DNA of 64,000 bases from NCBI GenBank assembly GCA_964016885.1, contig OZ024760.1, positions 6,076,001-6,140,000 on the forward strand, given 5' to 3'. A program made the translations under genes and the position numbers. The notes under the pieces are model-generated. The model was not told the DNA's origin. It did no database searches and was given only the letters and a program-made list of their open reading frames with translations. This DNA is from Eledone cirrhosa. Taxonomy: Eukaryota. Positions 41,389 through 52,544 of the stretch are shown piece after piece (position 1 is the first letter of the stretch; the number at the start of each line of letters is the position of its first letter).

Positions 41389-41422
41389 TAACAAATGGAA
41401 ACTATATTTATAAAACCATATT

Positions 41423-41487
41423 TATTTCATTATACATATTTCAAGGACACCAAGTCAAATTATGGTGCGCTTTCATCAGATAAAATA
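41423..41487 (-). ncRNA. Type I hammerhead ribozyme motif (family A)
   Basis: Minus strand reads tattttat-CTGATGA-aagcgcacca-taatttgact-tggtgtcctt-GAAA-tatgta-TA-atgaaata. Confidence 0.7.
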
Positions 41488-41656
41488 TAATATAGATCAG
41501 TTTTATAAATAAATATTGACATACCCTTAAAGAATGCAATCATTTCTGTCAGAAGCTCCCAGATAGTCTATCGAGGAGCTTCTGGGATCTTCCAACAGAA
41601 ATGGTCGCATTCTTTAAGGGTATGTCAATATTTATTTATAAAACTGATCTATATTA

Positions 41657-41721
41657 TATTTTATCTGATGAAAGCGCACCATAATTTGACTTGGTGTCCT
41701 TGAAATATGTATAATGAAATA
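41657..41721 (+). ncRNA. Type I hammerhead ribozyme motif (family A)
   Basis: CTGATGA at 41665-41671 and GAAA at 41702-41705. Stem I is 8 bp (tattttat/atgaaata), stem II ~9 bp, and stem III is the self-complementary ATATGTAT. Predicted cleavage is after A41713. Confidence 0.7.
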
Positions 41722-42050
41722 AATATGGTTTTATAAATATAGTTTCCATTTGTTAATATATCGTATATATATATATATATATATCATAAAACATGTCTAT
41801 AGAATCACAAGATAAAATATATACTATTTCCTCTCCCAATTAGCATAATTAACCATATAAAAAATCGAATAGACCAGGCTATAAGAATGAGGCTTCTATG
41901 AAGAAATCTCCGACAAATAACCGAAACCAGCCCTTCGCGTCGGCCGTAGCGGAATATTTATCGAATATTTCGACAGCGTAATCGCCCAGATACAGTCAAC
42001 TAAACAGAATTAGGTGTAAAATAAACTAGGAGAAAATAGAATACATTTAA

Positions 42051-42142
42051 AAACCTCTACCATGGTTTCGTCCGTATTTTGAGTTTTCCAATAATTATGT
42101 AATAATTATATAAACTCAAGCGCCGGATTCATCAGGAAGCTC
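42051..42142 (-). ncRNA. Type I hammerhead ribozyme motif with long stem II (family D)
   Basis: Minus strand reads gagcttc-CTGATGA-atccg...ttgagttt...aaactcaa...cggac-GAAA-ccatgg-TA-gaggttt. Stem III is the palindrome ACCATGGT and stem I is 7 bp with G-U pairs. Confidence 0.7.
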
Positions 42143-42674
42143 GCTCTTATCTAGACACTAAATTTTCCAAAGTGATCGCGCCAAGAAATTCATTTCAAAA
42201 TGGCTAAAAATCGTGACGTAGTCGCGGTCAGGTTGGAAGGGGTGTGGTAGTTGCTTACGACTGGTGGCATTTTTGCCATATATATACCACTCATATGTTT
42301 TAGCTTGCTGAAGGTACCATATATTTAGATTGAACTAAGTACTATGTGATTGCAGAGTGAACCTCTTAACCACACAGCCATCCTGGCCCATCTTCTATGA
42401 TTTATAAATTTAAACAACTTTACTGTTAGATCAGTGATAGATAATAATAGTTATGGTGGTATAATAACATAATGTCCGCTTCGAAAAGCCGATAATGTCT
42501 TTACAAGACTTCACATATCTTCCAGAAAGATCTGAAATTCATTCACATTTATAGATCTTTCTTTTTCTCTTTCACCCTCTCCTTCTCCTCCTCTTTCTCT
42601 TTCTTTTAATAACTCTGTCAGTTGGCCATTAATTTTCAGCTGATAGAGAGATTTAGACCAGATTTTTGGGGGCG

Positions 42675-43345
42675 GTGTGGTAGATATGGCCAGATGAAGG
42701 GGGAGGGGGGGTGCGGTAGATATGGCCAGATGTGGTGGGTGTGGTGTGGTGGTAGATATGGCAAGATGTGTGGGGTGGATGGTGGTGTGGTAGATATGGC
42801 AAGATGTGTGGGGTGGATGGTGGTGTGGTAGATATGGCCAGATGAAGGGTGAGCGGGGGTGCGGTAGATATGGCCAGATGTGGTGGGTGCGGTGGTAGAT
42901 ATGGCCAGATGAAGGAGGAGCGGGGGTGCGGTAGATATGGCCAAATGTGGTGGGTGTGGTGGTAGATATGGCCAGATGTGTGGGGTGGATGGTGGGGGTG
43001 GTAGATATGGCAAGATGTGTGGGGTGGATGGTGGTGTGGTAGATATGGCCAGATGAAGGGGGAGCAGGGTTGCGGTAATATGGCCAGATGTGGTGGGTGT
43101 GGTGGTAGATATGGCCAGATGTGTGGGGTGGATGGTGGGGGTGGTAGATATGGCAAGATGTGTGGGGTGGATGGTGGTGTGGTAGATATGGCCAGATGAA
43201 GGGTGAGCGGGGGTGCGGTAGATATGGCCAGATGTGGTGGGTGCGGTGGTAGATATGGCCAGATGTGGGGGTGGTTGTGGTGTGGTAGATATGGCCAGAT
43301 GTGTGTGTGTGTGTGGGGGGGGGGGGGGTTAGATATGGCCAGATG
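42675..43345. repeat. G-rich minisatellite, ~28-37-bp units anchored on ggtagatatggccagatg
   Basis: About 20 anchors separated by three recurring G-rich linkers. Confidence 0.9.
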
Positions 43346-43820
43346 GGTTTGGGTCAGGGTTAGTGAGAGGGTTACATATAGATAGTTTTAGGGGCAGGGA
43401 TAGGGTTTCAGTTGAGGTCAGAGTAAGATTTGTGACAGGGTTAGAGCTAGGGATAAGGTTAGGATGACAATGGAGGACATTATGGTATAGTTAAGTGAAG
43501 GCTGGTGTGACCAGATGTGGCCAGATGTGGTAGTGTTAGGCCATTGCTACATGTGGCCAGAAGTGGTGAGCCTCACATAAGATTAGGGTTATGATGGCAA
43601 TGGAAAGGGATGAGTGGAAGGACATTGTGATAGAGTTAGGTTGAGGTTGATGTGACCAGATGTGGCCAGATCTAGTGGTAGAGTTAGGCCGAGGTTGATA
43701 GGACTAAAGGTGGCCAGATGTATTGGTGAAGGCTTATTTTAAAATGGTGAACCTTGCAAAGGGGATCGCAAAGGAAAGACACAAGCTGGGGTGAGGGATG
43801 CTGGAAAAGGTTCATCTAAC

Positions 43821-44584
43821 CTAGAGGTTCTCAAAGTGGGCGCTATCACCCCCCCCCCCCCCAGGAGGGCATTGAGAAAGTCCAGGGAATGCTGACCCTA
43901 TCTGGCCAGAATTCTCTTACCTTTTTTTGTTCAAACCAGCCATAACTGGCCACTCATACTTATGATAAGGTATTGTTCTTAAAATAAATAATATCAGAAT
44001 CTCATAGATACGATACTATGTGAGGTAAAGCCTTTACTGTGAAAATACAATAATATATGTAGAGTAATGTAAATACTAAAGGGTTAAACTTTTATTGTCT
44101 TTAAATGTATTATTTTTTGTCTTAATTTTTCGATCAACCTTGAAATATTTAATAACTTTTCATTTCTTTATATTTCAGGTATGTACTAAACAATATTTTG
44201 TAATTTGGGTAAGGTAAGTTATTTTTGAATTTTTATTTTACTTTATTAGTTTTTTTTTTCTAAAGCGTTAAGGGGGGTAGTAGAGATGACATAATAAAAT
44301 ATTAAATATCAAATGATACTTATTACATATAAACATATGGCGGTGGATTGGCAGTATCGGTAGAGGGCTGGATGCCATGCTTTGCAGCACAGGGTTACGG
44401 TTCTTTACAGTCTGAGTTGAAATCCCACTAAGGTTAACTTTGCTTTTCATCCATACGGGGTTGATAAAATAAAGTACCAGTAATGCACTGGGGTCAGGTC
44501 TCTCTGGAAATAGGGTTGGGGGACACTGAGGGCATTACGAGGCCATGAGGAGGGACTGTGGCCCAAAAAGTTTGAGAACCTCTC
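43821..44584. mobile_element. Possible hAT-type MITE with nested partial piggyBac MITE (~43900-44087) and SINE (44338-44493)
   Basis: Ends agaggttctcaaa ... tttgagaacctct are inverted repeats. No 8-bp TSD is recognisable. Confidence 0.4.
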
Positions 44585-45547
44585 GTATAGCCCATACATG
44601 CATGGAAAAATGTAATAAAAATGCTGATGAAAGAGAAAGGGAGGTGTCACATGGTCGCTTGATCTCATAGAAATAGCACTCAAATCTCCCTCAATTTGTA
44701 CCCTACTGGTTTCCAAAAAAAAAAAAAAAATGCATAATGATTTCTACTTTAGGCACAAGGCTAGCAATTTGGGGTGAGGGGGGGAAATTTGATTAAATCA
44801 ACCCCAGTGTATTACTGGTACTTTATTTTATCGAGCCCTGTAAGGCAAAGCTAACCTCGGCGGGATTTGAACTCAGTGTGTAAAGGGACGCAACTCTATG
44901 CTGCAAAGCATGTTGCCCGATGCTCTACCTATACTGCCAATCCACCGCCGTTAAATAATAAAACACATGCACACACTCACACACACGCGTGCTCACTCAA
45001 TCACGCACACACTCACTCTCACTCACTCACACACACGCACGCATTCACTCACACACATTCACAAACTCTCTCTCTCTTTCTCTCACACACACACACATAC
45101 ACACTCTCACACAATCCTCTCCCCAACATATACCCCCCCCCCCCACACACGCATTCACAAACACAAACACACACTCTCACCCACAACATACACAAAAGCC
45201 AGGTCCTGTATTTCAAGATAAACTGTGCCAGCCTGAAAAGAAAAATAATACCCCACTAAAAAACACAAACAAAAATAAAATTATTTTAGCCTCTTTAAAA
45301 AATCTACAGGGTTTGTTTAGTATTGGAATTATGTAATACTTATCATTGGGGCTTCTCTGGTTACCCCACCCCCTCGTTATTCCTCCTTTCCCCAGGGTGG
45401 GTGGTCAGGATGGGATGGGGTGGGGGGACTTAAGGTATTTGACCTATTTATCTTCTATGTGGTTTTTGTTGTTGTTTGTTTTCTGTTTTGTTTATTTATT
45501 TTTTATCTCTCTGCAACAATTTGTAGCTTAAACATCTCTCATATGGA

Positions 45548-46020
45548 AGGTGGTGGTGGTGGTGGTGGTGGTGGTGGTGGTGGTGGTGGTGGTGGTGGTG
45601 GCAGTGGTGGTGGCGGCAGTGGTGGTGGTGTTGGTGGTGGCGGTGGTGGTGGTGGTGATGGTGTTGGTGGTGGCAGTGTTGGTGGTGGCGGTGGTGGTGG
45701 CAGTGGTGGTGATGTTGGTGGTGGCAGTGGTGGTGGTGTTGGTGGTGGCAGTGGTGATGGTGTTGGCAGTGGTGGTGGTGTTGGTGGTGGTGGTGGCAGT
45801 GGTAGTAGTGGTGGTGGTGTTGGTGTGGTTGTTGTTGTTGGTTTTAGTGTTGGTGGTGGTGTTAGTGATGTTGGTAGTGGTGTTGTTGGTGACATTGGTG
45901 GTGGTGTTTTTGTGGTTGTTGTTGTTGGTGGTAGCAGTAGTGGTGATGGTGTGGCAGTGGTGGTGGTGATGGTGTGGTTGTTGTTGTTGTTGGTGGTGTT
46001 GGTGGCAGTATTGGTGATGG
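45548..46020. repeat. (GGT)n trinucleotide repeat
   Basis: Read directly. Confidence 0.95.
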
Positions 46021-46471
46021 GGTTATTTTTAGGTATTTTTCAGCCAGGATGCCCTTCCTCACACTAATCCTTTTAGTTGGTTCTTGTGACCCAGCGATAC
46101 AGTGTATCTATTATCAACCAGATATGTATCATCTATTCTTCTTCTTCTCCTCCTCCTTACCTCCTCCTCTTCCTCCGTCTTCTCACTTATTCCTGGGAGG
46201 GTTGTGGGGGCGGAGTCTTCAGGCACGTCTTCCAATGGGTCCTGTCACCACCAAGACCACCACCACTGCCACCACCAACACCATCACCACCAACAACAAC
46301 CACACCAACACCACCACCACCACCAACACCACCACCACTGCCACCACTAATCCGGCTGGATCCCAGATATATCCATATATAGAGTAGGAATCAAATGAAT
46401 TTGAGATGTTCACGCAAGCATTGATATATATCTATATACACACGCATACACACACATATATATATATATAT

Positions 46472-47085
46472 ATGGTGGCTGCCAACTCGTTTTCGAGTAC
46501 GGCCACTACTTTATATCCATGTAGGAGAACCCCTACCGATGCGCTGAACAAGTGTGACTTTTTAGTCCAGCCAGCGACTTGAAACCTCTGGTACAAACAC
46601 TACACTTGTGACAATTATTGACACATAGTGCTGGGCCCATGGTACCATGTGACGACAAGTGCAGAGAGATCTCCAGATATAAAGCAATTTCCTGTGCCGT
46701 GAAGCTTTTATAGTGAGCAAAGGCACTGCACAAGGCCAGTCCCACTCTCTTAACCAAGATGATATTTACCAAAAAGAAGAACAAGTCAACATCATTGGAT
46801 ACCATCAGGGTTGCAGGTGTTATATCAGAGTTTTCCTTCTCCTAGAATTCTGCCTTGACAAAGGCTAAGGGGTCATCTCTCCCGGTGATTTTGGATGGTC
46901 ATCGACTCTAAAGAGCTCCTTTGCCCTTTGACAGGTTTTGTTTTTAGTCCTGCAGGATGTCCAAAGTCACCCTCCTCACCAAGAAACGTTGGTGGGGTTG
47001 CCAGTTTAGTTGCCAACGACCCGACCATGGGACAGGTTGTACTGGGATACTTGTTACCAGTAGCACCAACTGGTGACCTGATACC
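46472..47085 (-). mobile_element. Internally deleted (bipartite) RTE/BovB-like element
   Basis: Minus strand has an RTE 5'-UTR-like motif (ctaggagaaggaaaactctga), then a terminal C2H2 finger CSVCTRGFKSLAGLKSHTCSAHR*, a short UTR with hairpin actcg-aaaa-cgagt, and (TA)n. Confidence 0.5.
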
Positions 47086-47149
47086 CATATATATATATAT
47101 ACATATATATACACATATACCATTATCATCATTTTTGCATTCACTTTTC

Positions 47150-48050
47150 CTCAAACACTCCCTCCAGCAGGTCCTCTCAAAAGCAACCATCACCATTTGA
47201 TCTGGCTGGATCCCCAATCAAGACCAGCCAAGCACAAGGATGTTATCCAACCATCTTGCTTGGGGTCTACCCCTGGGTCTCTTGCCAGTTGGTTTTGCCC
47301 GTAAAATCTGTCCAGCGATTCTTTCCTGAGACATTCTAACCACATACTCATAGTATCAGAGCTGTGATCTCTCAATCCGGAGAAGTAGCGGCTCTACCTG
47401 GAGTGACTCTCTGATCTCCGAGCTACAAATCTGTCCAGTGATTCTTTCCTGAGACATTCTAACCACATGTCCATAGTAACAGAGCTGTGATCTGTCAATT
47501 CAGAGTAGCAGCTCTACCTGGAGTGACTCTCTGATCTCCGAGCTACAAAGCTGTCCAGCGATTCTTTCCTGAGACATTCTAACCACATGTCCATAGTATC
47601 AGAGCTGTGATCTCTCAATCCGGAGAAGTAGCAGCTCTACCTGGAGTGACTCTCTGATCTCCGAGCTACAAAGCTGTCCAGCGATTCTTTCCTGAGACAT
47701 TCTAACCACATGTCCATAGTATTGGAAATGTGATCTCTCAATCCGGAGAAGTAGCGGCTCTACCTGGAGTGACTCTCTGATCTCCGAGCTACAAATCTGT
47801 CCAGTAATTCTTTCCTGAGACATTCTAACCACATGTACATAGTAACAGAGCTGTGATCTGTCAATTCAGAGTAACAGCTCTACCTGGAGTGACTCTCTCA
47901 TCTCTGAGTTACGCATTATATCAAGTAATTTTATTCCAACCATCTCCAACTGATTTGGCTGGATTCCCAAGCGAGATCAGCCAAGCTCATGAATGTTATC
48001 CAACGATCTTGCTTGGGGTGGGTTTACATCTGGATCTCCTGCTGGTTGGT
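47150..48050 (-). pseudogene. Expander-like RTE 3' end with ~5 tandem copies of a 120/123-bp coding segment
   Basis: cctgagacattc recurs at 47325, 47448, 47568, 47691 and 47814. The unit encodes SSEIRESLQVEPLLLRIERSQLxYYGHVVRMSQERIAGQIC. Confidence 0.8.
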
Positions 48051-48309
48051 TTTGCAAAATATGCATGCATGAAATTTACAGCTTTCGCTTATATGTAGCT
48101 TCAGCTGAGCCCCTACAGGGCTGCATATCATAGGATGTTTCTTGGCTGTTTTAATGTGATAGAGGCCCCTAGTCCCATCTTGAAGTAAAGCAAGGTGAAA
48201 TGAAGCATCTTGCTCAACAACACAGCATGCTGCTCAGTTTAGAAATCAAATCCAGGACATTAATATTGGGAGTCCAACACCCTAATATTTAAGCCATGTG
48301 CCTTCACTT

Positions 48310-48545
48310 GGTATGAACATGTGATACGCATGGACAATGACCAATGGGTGAAGAAATGCTAAGAAATCCCAGTAAAAGGAAGCCAGAGGACGACCAAGAA
48401 AGACCTGGGCAGTTGTTACGAGAGCGGACCTCAAATTGTTAAGACAGGAAGAGGAGATGACGAAGGAACGCAACAAGTGGAGAGATGCTGTGCTGAGAAG
48501 GACCCATCCAACCCATGTCAGGAATAAGTGGGGGTGAAGAAGAAG
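48310..48545 (+). pseudogene. Decayed RTE LINE 3' fragment (family A-like)
   Basis: WYEHVIRMDNDQWVKKC*EIPV...KTWAVVTRADLKLL...EMTKERNKWRDAVLRRT. Confidence 0.7.
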
Positions 48546-48825
48546 ACATTTTTGCATGGTTTTGACTTTTGTCCAGCTGTGTGGCACTTTGGGAAAGTAT
48601 TGTTAGTGTTATTATGATGGTGGTGGTGGTAGTATTGGTGTAGGTGTTGTTGTTGGTGGTGGTAGTGTTGGTGCTGTAAGTGTTGTTGTAGGTAGTGGTG
48701 TTGCTTTTGTTGTTGGTGGTGAACACCGGTGTTCATAAAGGCAGTGGTATAGGTGGTGGTGATGGTATAGATGTTGTTGGTGGTGATGGTGTTGTTGTTG
48801 TTGGTGGTGATGGTGTTGTTGTTGC

Positions 48826-48856
<31 letters not shown>

Positions 48857-48994
48857 GGTGTTGTTGCTGTTGTTGTTGGTGGTGGTGTTGTTGCTGTTGT
48901 TGTTGTTGTTGTTGGTGGTGGTGTTACTGTTGAAGTTGTTGGTTCACTTGAAAAGCTACGTAGTGTATTGTTACAAATGTTTACATAAGGAGGT

Positions 48995-49115
48995 ATGTGT
49001 TTGTTTGTGTGTATGTGTGTGTTTGTTTGTGTGTGTGTGTGTGTGTGTTTGTGTGTATGTGTGTGTGTGTATGTGTGTGTTTGTGTGTGTTTGTGTGTGT
49101 GTGTGTGTGTGTGTT

Positions 49116-49147
<32 letters not shown>

Positions 49148-49458
49148 ACTTTTTGATGTCTGTGTTGTATAAATAGTGTAACGTTTACTGTGGGAAATTG
49201 GTCCATAAGTAATTCTGTGTGCATGTGTGTGTGTGTGTGTGTGGTTGTGTACATATTGTATGCGTGCGTGTGTGACTGGATGTGTGTGATTGTGTACATG
49301 TCTGTGTGTGACTTCTGAAAATGGCATGTTTGTGGTTGTTTGATGTCTATATATATATATATATATACACATATATATATATATATATATACACATATAT
49401 ATATACACACATATATATATATATATATATATACACATATGTATATATATATATATAT

Positions 49459-49489
<31 letters not shown>

Positions 49490-49492
49490 CAC

Positions 49493-49554
<62 letters not shown>

Positions 49555-49579
49555 ACACATATGTATATATACATATATA

Positions 49580-49617
<38 letters not shown>

Positions 49618-49738
49618 CACGTATATATACATATATATGTATATATATATATATGTATATATACATGTGTGTATATATATATATACATATATATGTATAT
49701 ATATATATATGTATATATACATGTGTGTATATATATAT

Positions 49739-49782
<44 letters not shown>

Positions 49783-49966
49783 GTGTGTATATATATATAT
49801 ACATACATATATATATATATATGTATATATACATGTGTATATATATATATATACACATGTGTATATATATATATATGTATATATACATGTGTATATATAT
49901 ATATATACACATGTGTATATATATATATATATGTATATATACATGTGTATATATATATATATACAC

Positions 49967-50004
<38 letters not shown>

Positions 50005-50429
50005 GTATATATATTTATAGATATAGCGTGTGTGTGTATGGTTATGTATATGTGGCTGTGTGTAGTTATGTGTGTGTGTGCGTGACTTGTGAAAAAGCTG
50101 TGTTTGTGGATGTTTAATATCTACATTGTATATATAGTATAAGGTTTACTGTGGGAGATTGGCATGGTTCTATGTGTGAGTGTGTGTGTGTGTTTGTTGT
50201 GTGTGTGTGTGTGTGTGTGTTGTTCCAGATGTTTTATTTGTTGTAGTTGCTGTTGTTTAGTCCCAGGTAAATTTTCACTGAGCAGAGCGCTGATCAAAAG
50301 CATTCCAACCACAGCTGTGTCATCTTTCCCTAGGTTACTGTATATACATTTATATATACACATACATATATATATATATACACATACATACATATATACA
50401 TACATATACATACATATACATATATATAC

Positions 50430-50515
<86 letters not shown>
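48995..50515. repeat. (TG)n, (TA)n and (TA/CA)n microsatellite field
   Basis: Read directly. Confidence 0.9.
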
Positions 50516-50519
<4 letters not shown>

Positions 50520-51988
50520 GGGATGCTTTGGAGAGGAGCAATTATAGGGGTATAAAACTGATAGATCAGGTTATGAAAGTGGCAGAAAGGATTTTAGCAC
50601 AACTAATTAGAGAAAGGGTCAAACTAGATGAGATGCAGTTTGGTTTTGTGCCTGGGAAGAGTACAACAGATGCCCTCTTCTTGGTGAGACAAATGCAAGA
50701 GAGGTTCTTAGAGAAGAATAAGCCACTATACTTGGCCTTTGTTGACCTAGAGAAGGCCTTTGATAGGGTACCCCGATCTGTCATCTGGTGGTCCCTAAGG
50801 AAGCTGGGTGTTGAGGAATGGCTTGTAAGGACAGTGCAAACTTTGTACAGAGGTACTCTCAGTAAAGTCAGGGTAGGAATGGAGTTTAGTGAGGAATTCC
50901 AGATACAAGTAGGAGTACATCAGGGTTCGGTCCTCAGCCCGCTCTTGTTCATTATAGTCCTCCAAGCCATAACAGAGGAGTTTAAGACTGGCTGTCCATG
51001 GGAACTTCTCTATGCTGACGATCTGGCTCTTATGGCAGAATCAGTAGAGGAGCTAGAGAATAAATTCCGGCTATGGAAACAGCAGTTGGAAGCAAGAGGA
51101 CTGAGAGTAAATCTAGCTAAGACAAAAGTGTTGATGAGTAGAAAAGAGGACAAAACCCTGATTCCGTCAGGGAAATGGCCATGTTCGATATGCAGAAAAG
51201 GAACTGGCATAAATTCTATAAAATGCACACAATGTAGGTCCTGGGTACACAAGAGATGTAGCGGGATAGCAGGCAAACTAACAGGTAGGGAGAAATATGT
51301 ATGCAGTAGATGTACAGGGAAATTAGACAGTAGAAGTCGCACTGATAGACACATTTTTCAAATGCGAGAGGGCGCTATAGAAGTGGTGGATAGCTTCCGG
51401 TACCTAGGAGATCAGATTAGCATGGGAGGAGGGTGTTCCGAGGCCATAGTATCTAGAATAAGGACGGGTTGGAAGAAGTTTAGGGAGCTGCTTCCTCTGT
51501 TGACGAAGAAGGGTTTCTCCCTGCGTACGAAAGGCCGGTTGTATGATGCCTGTGTGAGGAGCGCGATGCTGCATGGTAGTGAGACATGGGCAGCTACCGC
51601 AGAAGATATGCGACGGCTGGAGAGAAATGAGGCAAGCATGCTCCGTTGGATGTGCAGTGTAAATGTGCGTGAACGACCCAGCATAAATGTGTTGAGAGAG
51701 AAACTGTGTCTGAGAGGGATAGAATGTAGTGTACGGGAGAGGAGACTGAGGTGGTATGGACATGTGATGCGCATGGAGGATGACCGATGGGTGAAGAAGT
51801 GCCAGGAAATGCCAGTTGAAGGAAGACGTAGTAGAGGTAGACCACGAAAAACATGGGCGGAGGTGGTGAGAACAGACCTCAGATCATTGAAGCTCACGGT
51901 GGAGATGACGAGGGACCGTGACGAGTGGAGAGATGCTGTGCTGAATAAGACCCTTCCCACCCTTGCAAGCAGGGAAAAGCGGACGTAA
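50516..51988 (+). pseudogene. 5'-truncated RTE-clade LINE reverse transcriptase (family A), ~490 aa without stops, with inserted PHD-type finger
   Basis: Motifs [57 protein letters not shown] and RGRPRKTW. It starts abruptly after (TA)n, and the stop is followed directly by (ATG)n to ~52005. No endonuclease domain is present. Confidence 0.95.
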
Positions 51989-52223
51989 AATGATGATGAT
52001 GATGATATATATATACACTCCCATGTACGTCAATACTCATCTTTTTCCATTTCTCCGAGGGTTCTTAACCCCACTATCAGGCTAAATAATTTCTTTAATT
52101 TCTTTAGTCAAAATACGGCGATAGCTAACATTTCTAATAATTTCAAATCCACTCGCTGTTTCGAAAATATTCTTACATATATATATATATCTGTCTAACC
52201 CATGCTAGCATGGAAAATGGACG

Positions 52224-52456
52224 TTAACCCTTTAGCATTCATATTACTCTATATATACTATTGTATTTTTGCGGTAAAGGCTTTATCATACATAATAACT
52301 CGCATAATATTGTATCGAATCTATGAGATTTTGATATTATTTATTTTGAGAACAATACCTTAACATCAGTATGAGTGGCAGGTTACAGCTGGTTTGAACA
52401 GAAAGAGGTGAGAGAATTCTGGCCAGATATGGCCGCTTTAAAAGCTAAAGGGTTAA
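52224..52456 (-). mobile_element. piggyBac-type MITE inserted into a retroposon tail
   Basis: TTAA-ccctttagc ... gctaaaggg-TTAA interrupts ggacgTTAAacgatgatga. Confidence 0.88.
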
Positions 52457-52544
52457 ACGATGATGATATATATATATATATATATATTTATATCATCATC
52501 ATCATCGTTTAACGTCTATCTTCCCCGCTAGCATGGGCTTAGAT

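Larger units (their letters stand above)
41383..41761. mobile_element. Foldback hammerhead-bearing element, family A, copy 2
   Basis: Near-perfect inverted arms of ~165 bp around a short centre, flanked by (TA)n. Confidence 0.9.

Noticed and set aside
42675-43345. Constant ggtagatatggccagatg anchor with variable linkers as a repeat-spacer array
   Set aside because: The linkers are short, G-rich and drawn from about three recurring types, as in an ordinary variant minisatellite.
43325-43600. Interstitial telomeric (TTAGGG)n
   Set aside because: Only scattered, degenerate ggttag/ttaggg words occur, with no tandem run.
46533-46805. Host C2H2 zinc-finger gene
   Set aside because: There is a single finger with no TGEKP linker, ending at a stop followed by a retroposon-like hairpin and tail.
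50528-51988. Active autonomous LINE or domesticated RT gene
   Set aside because: It is 5'-truncated at (TA)n, with no endonuclease domain and no ATG at the start. The open frame is best explained by recent insertion.
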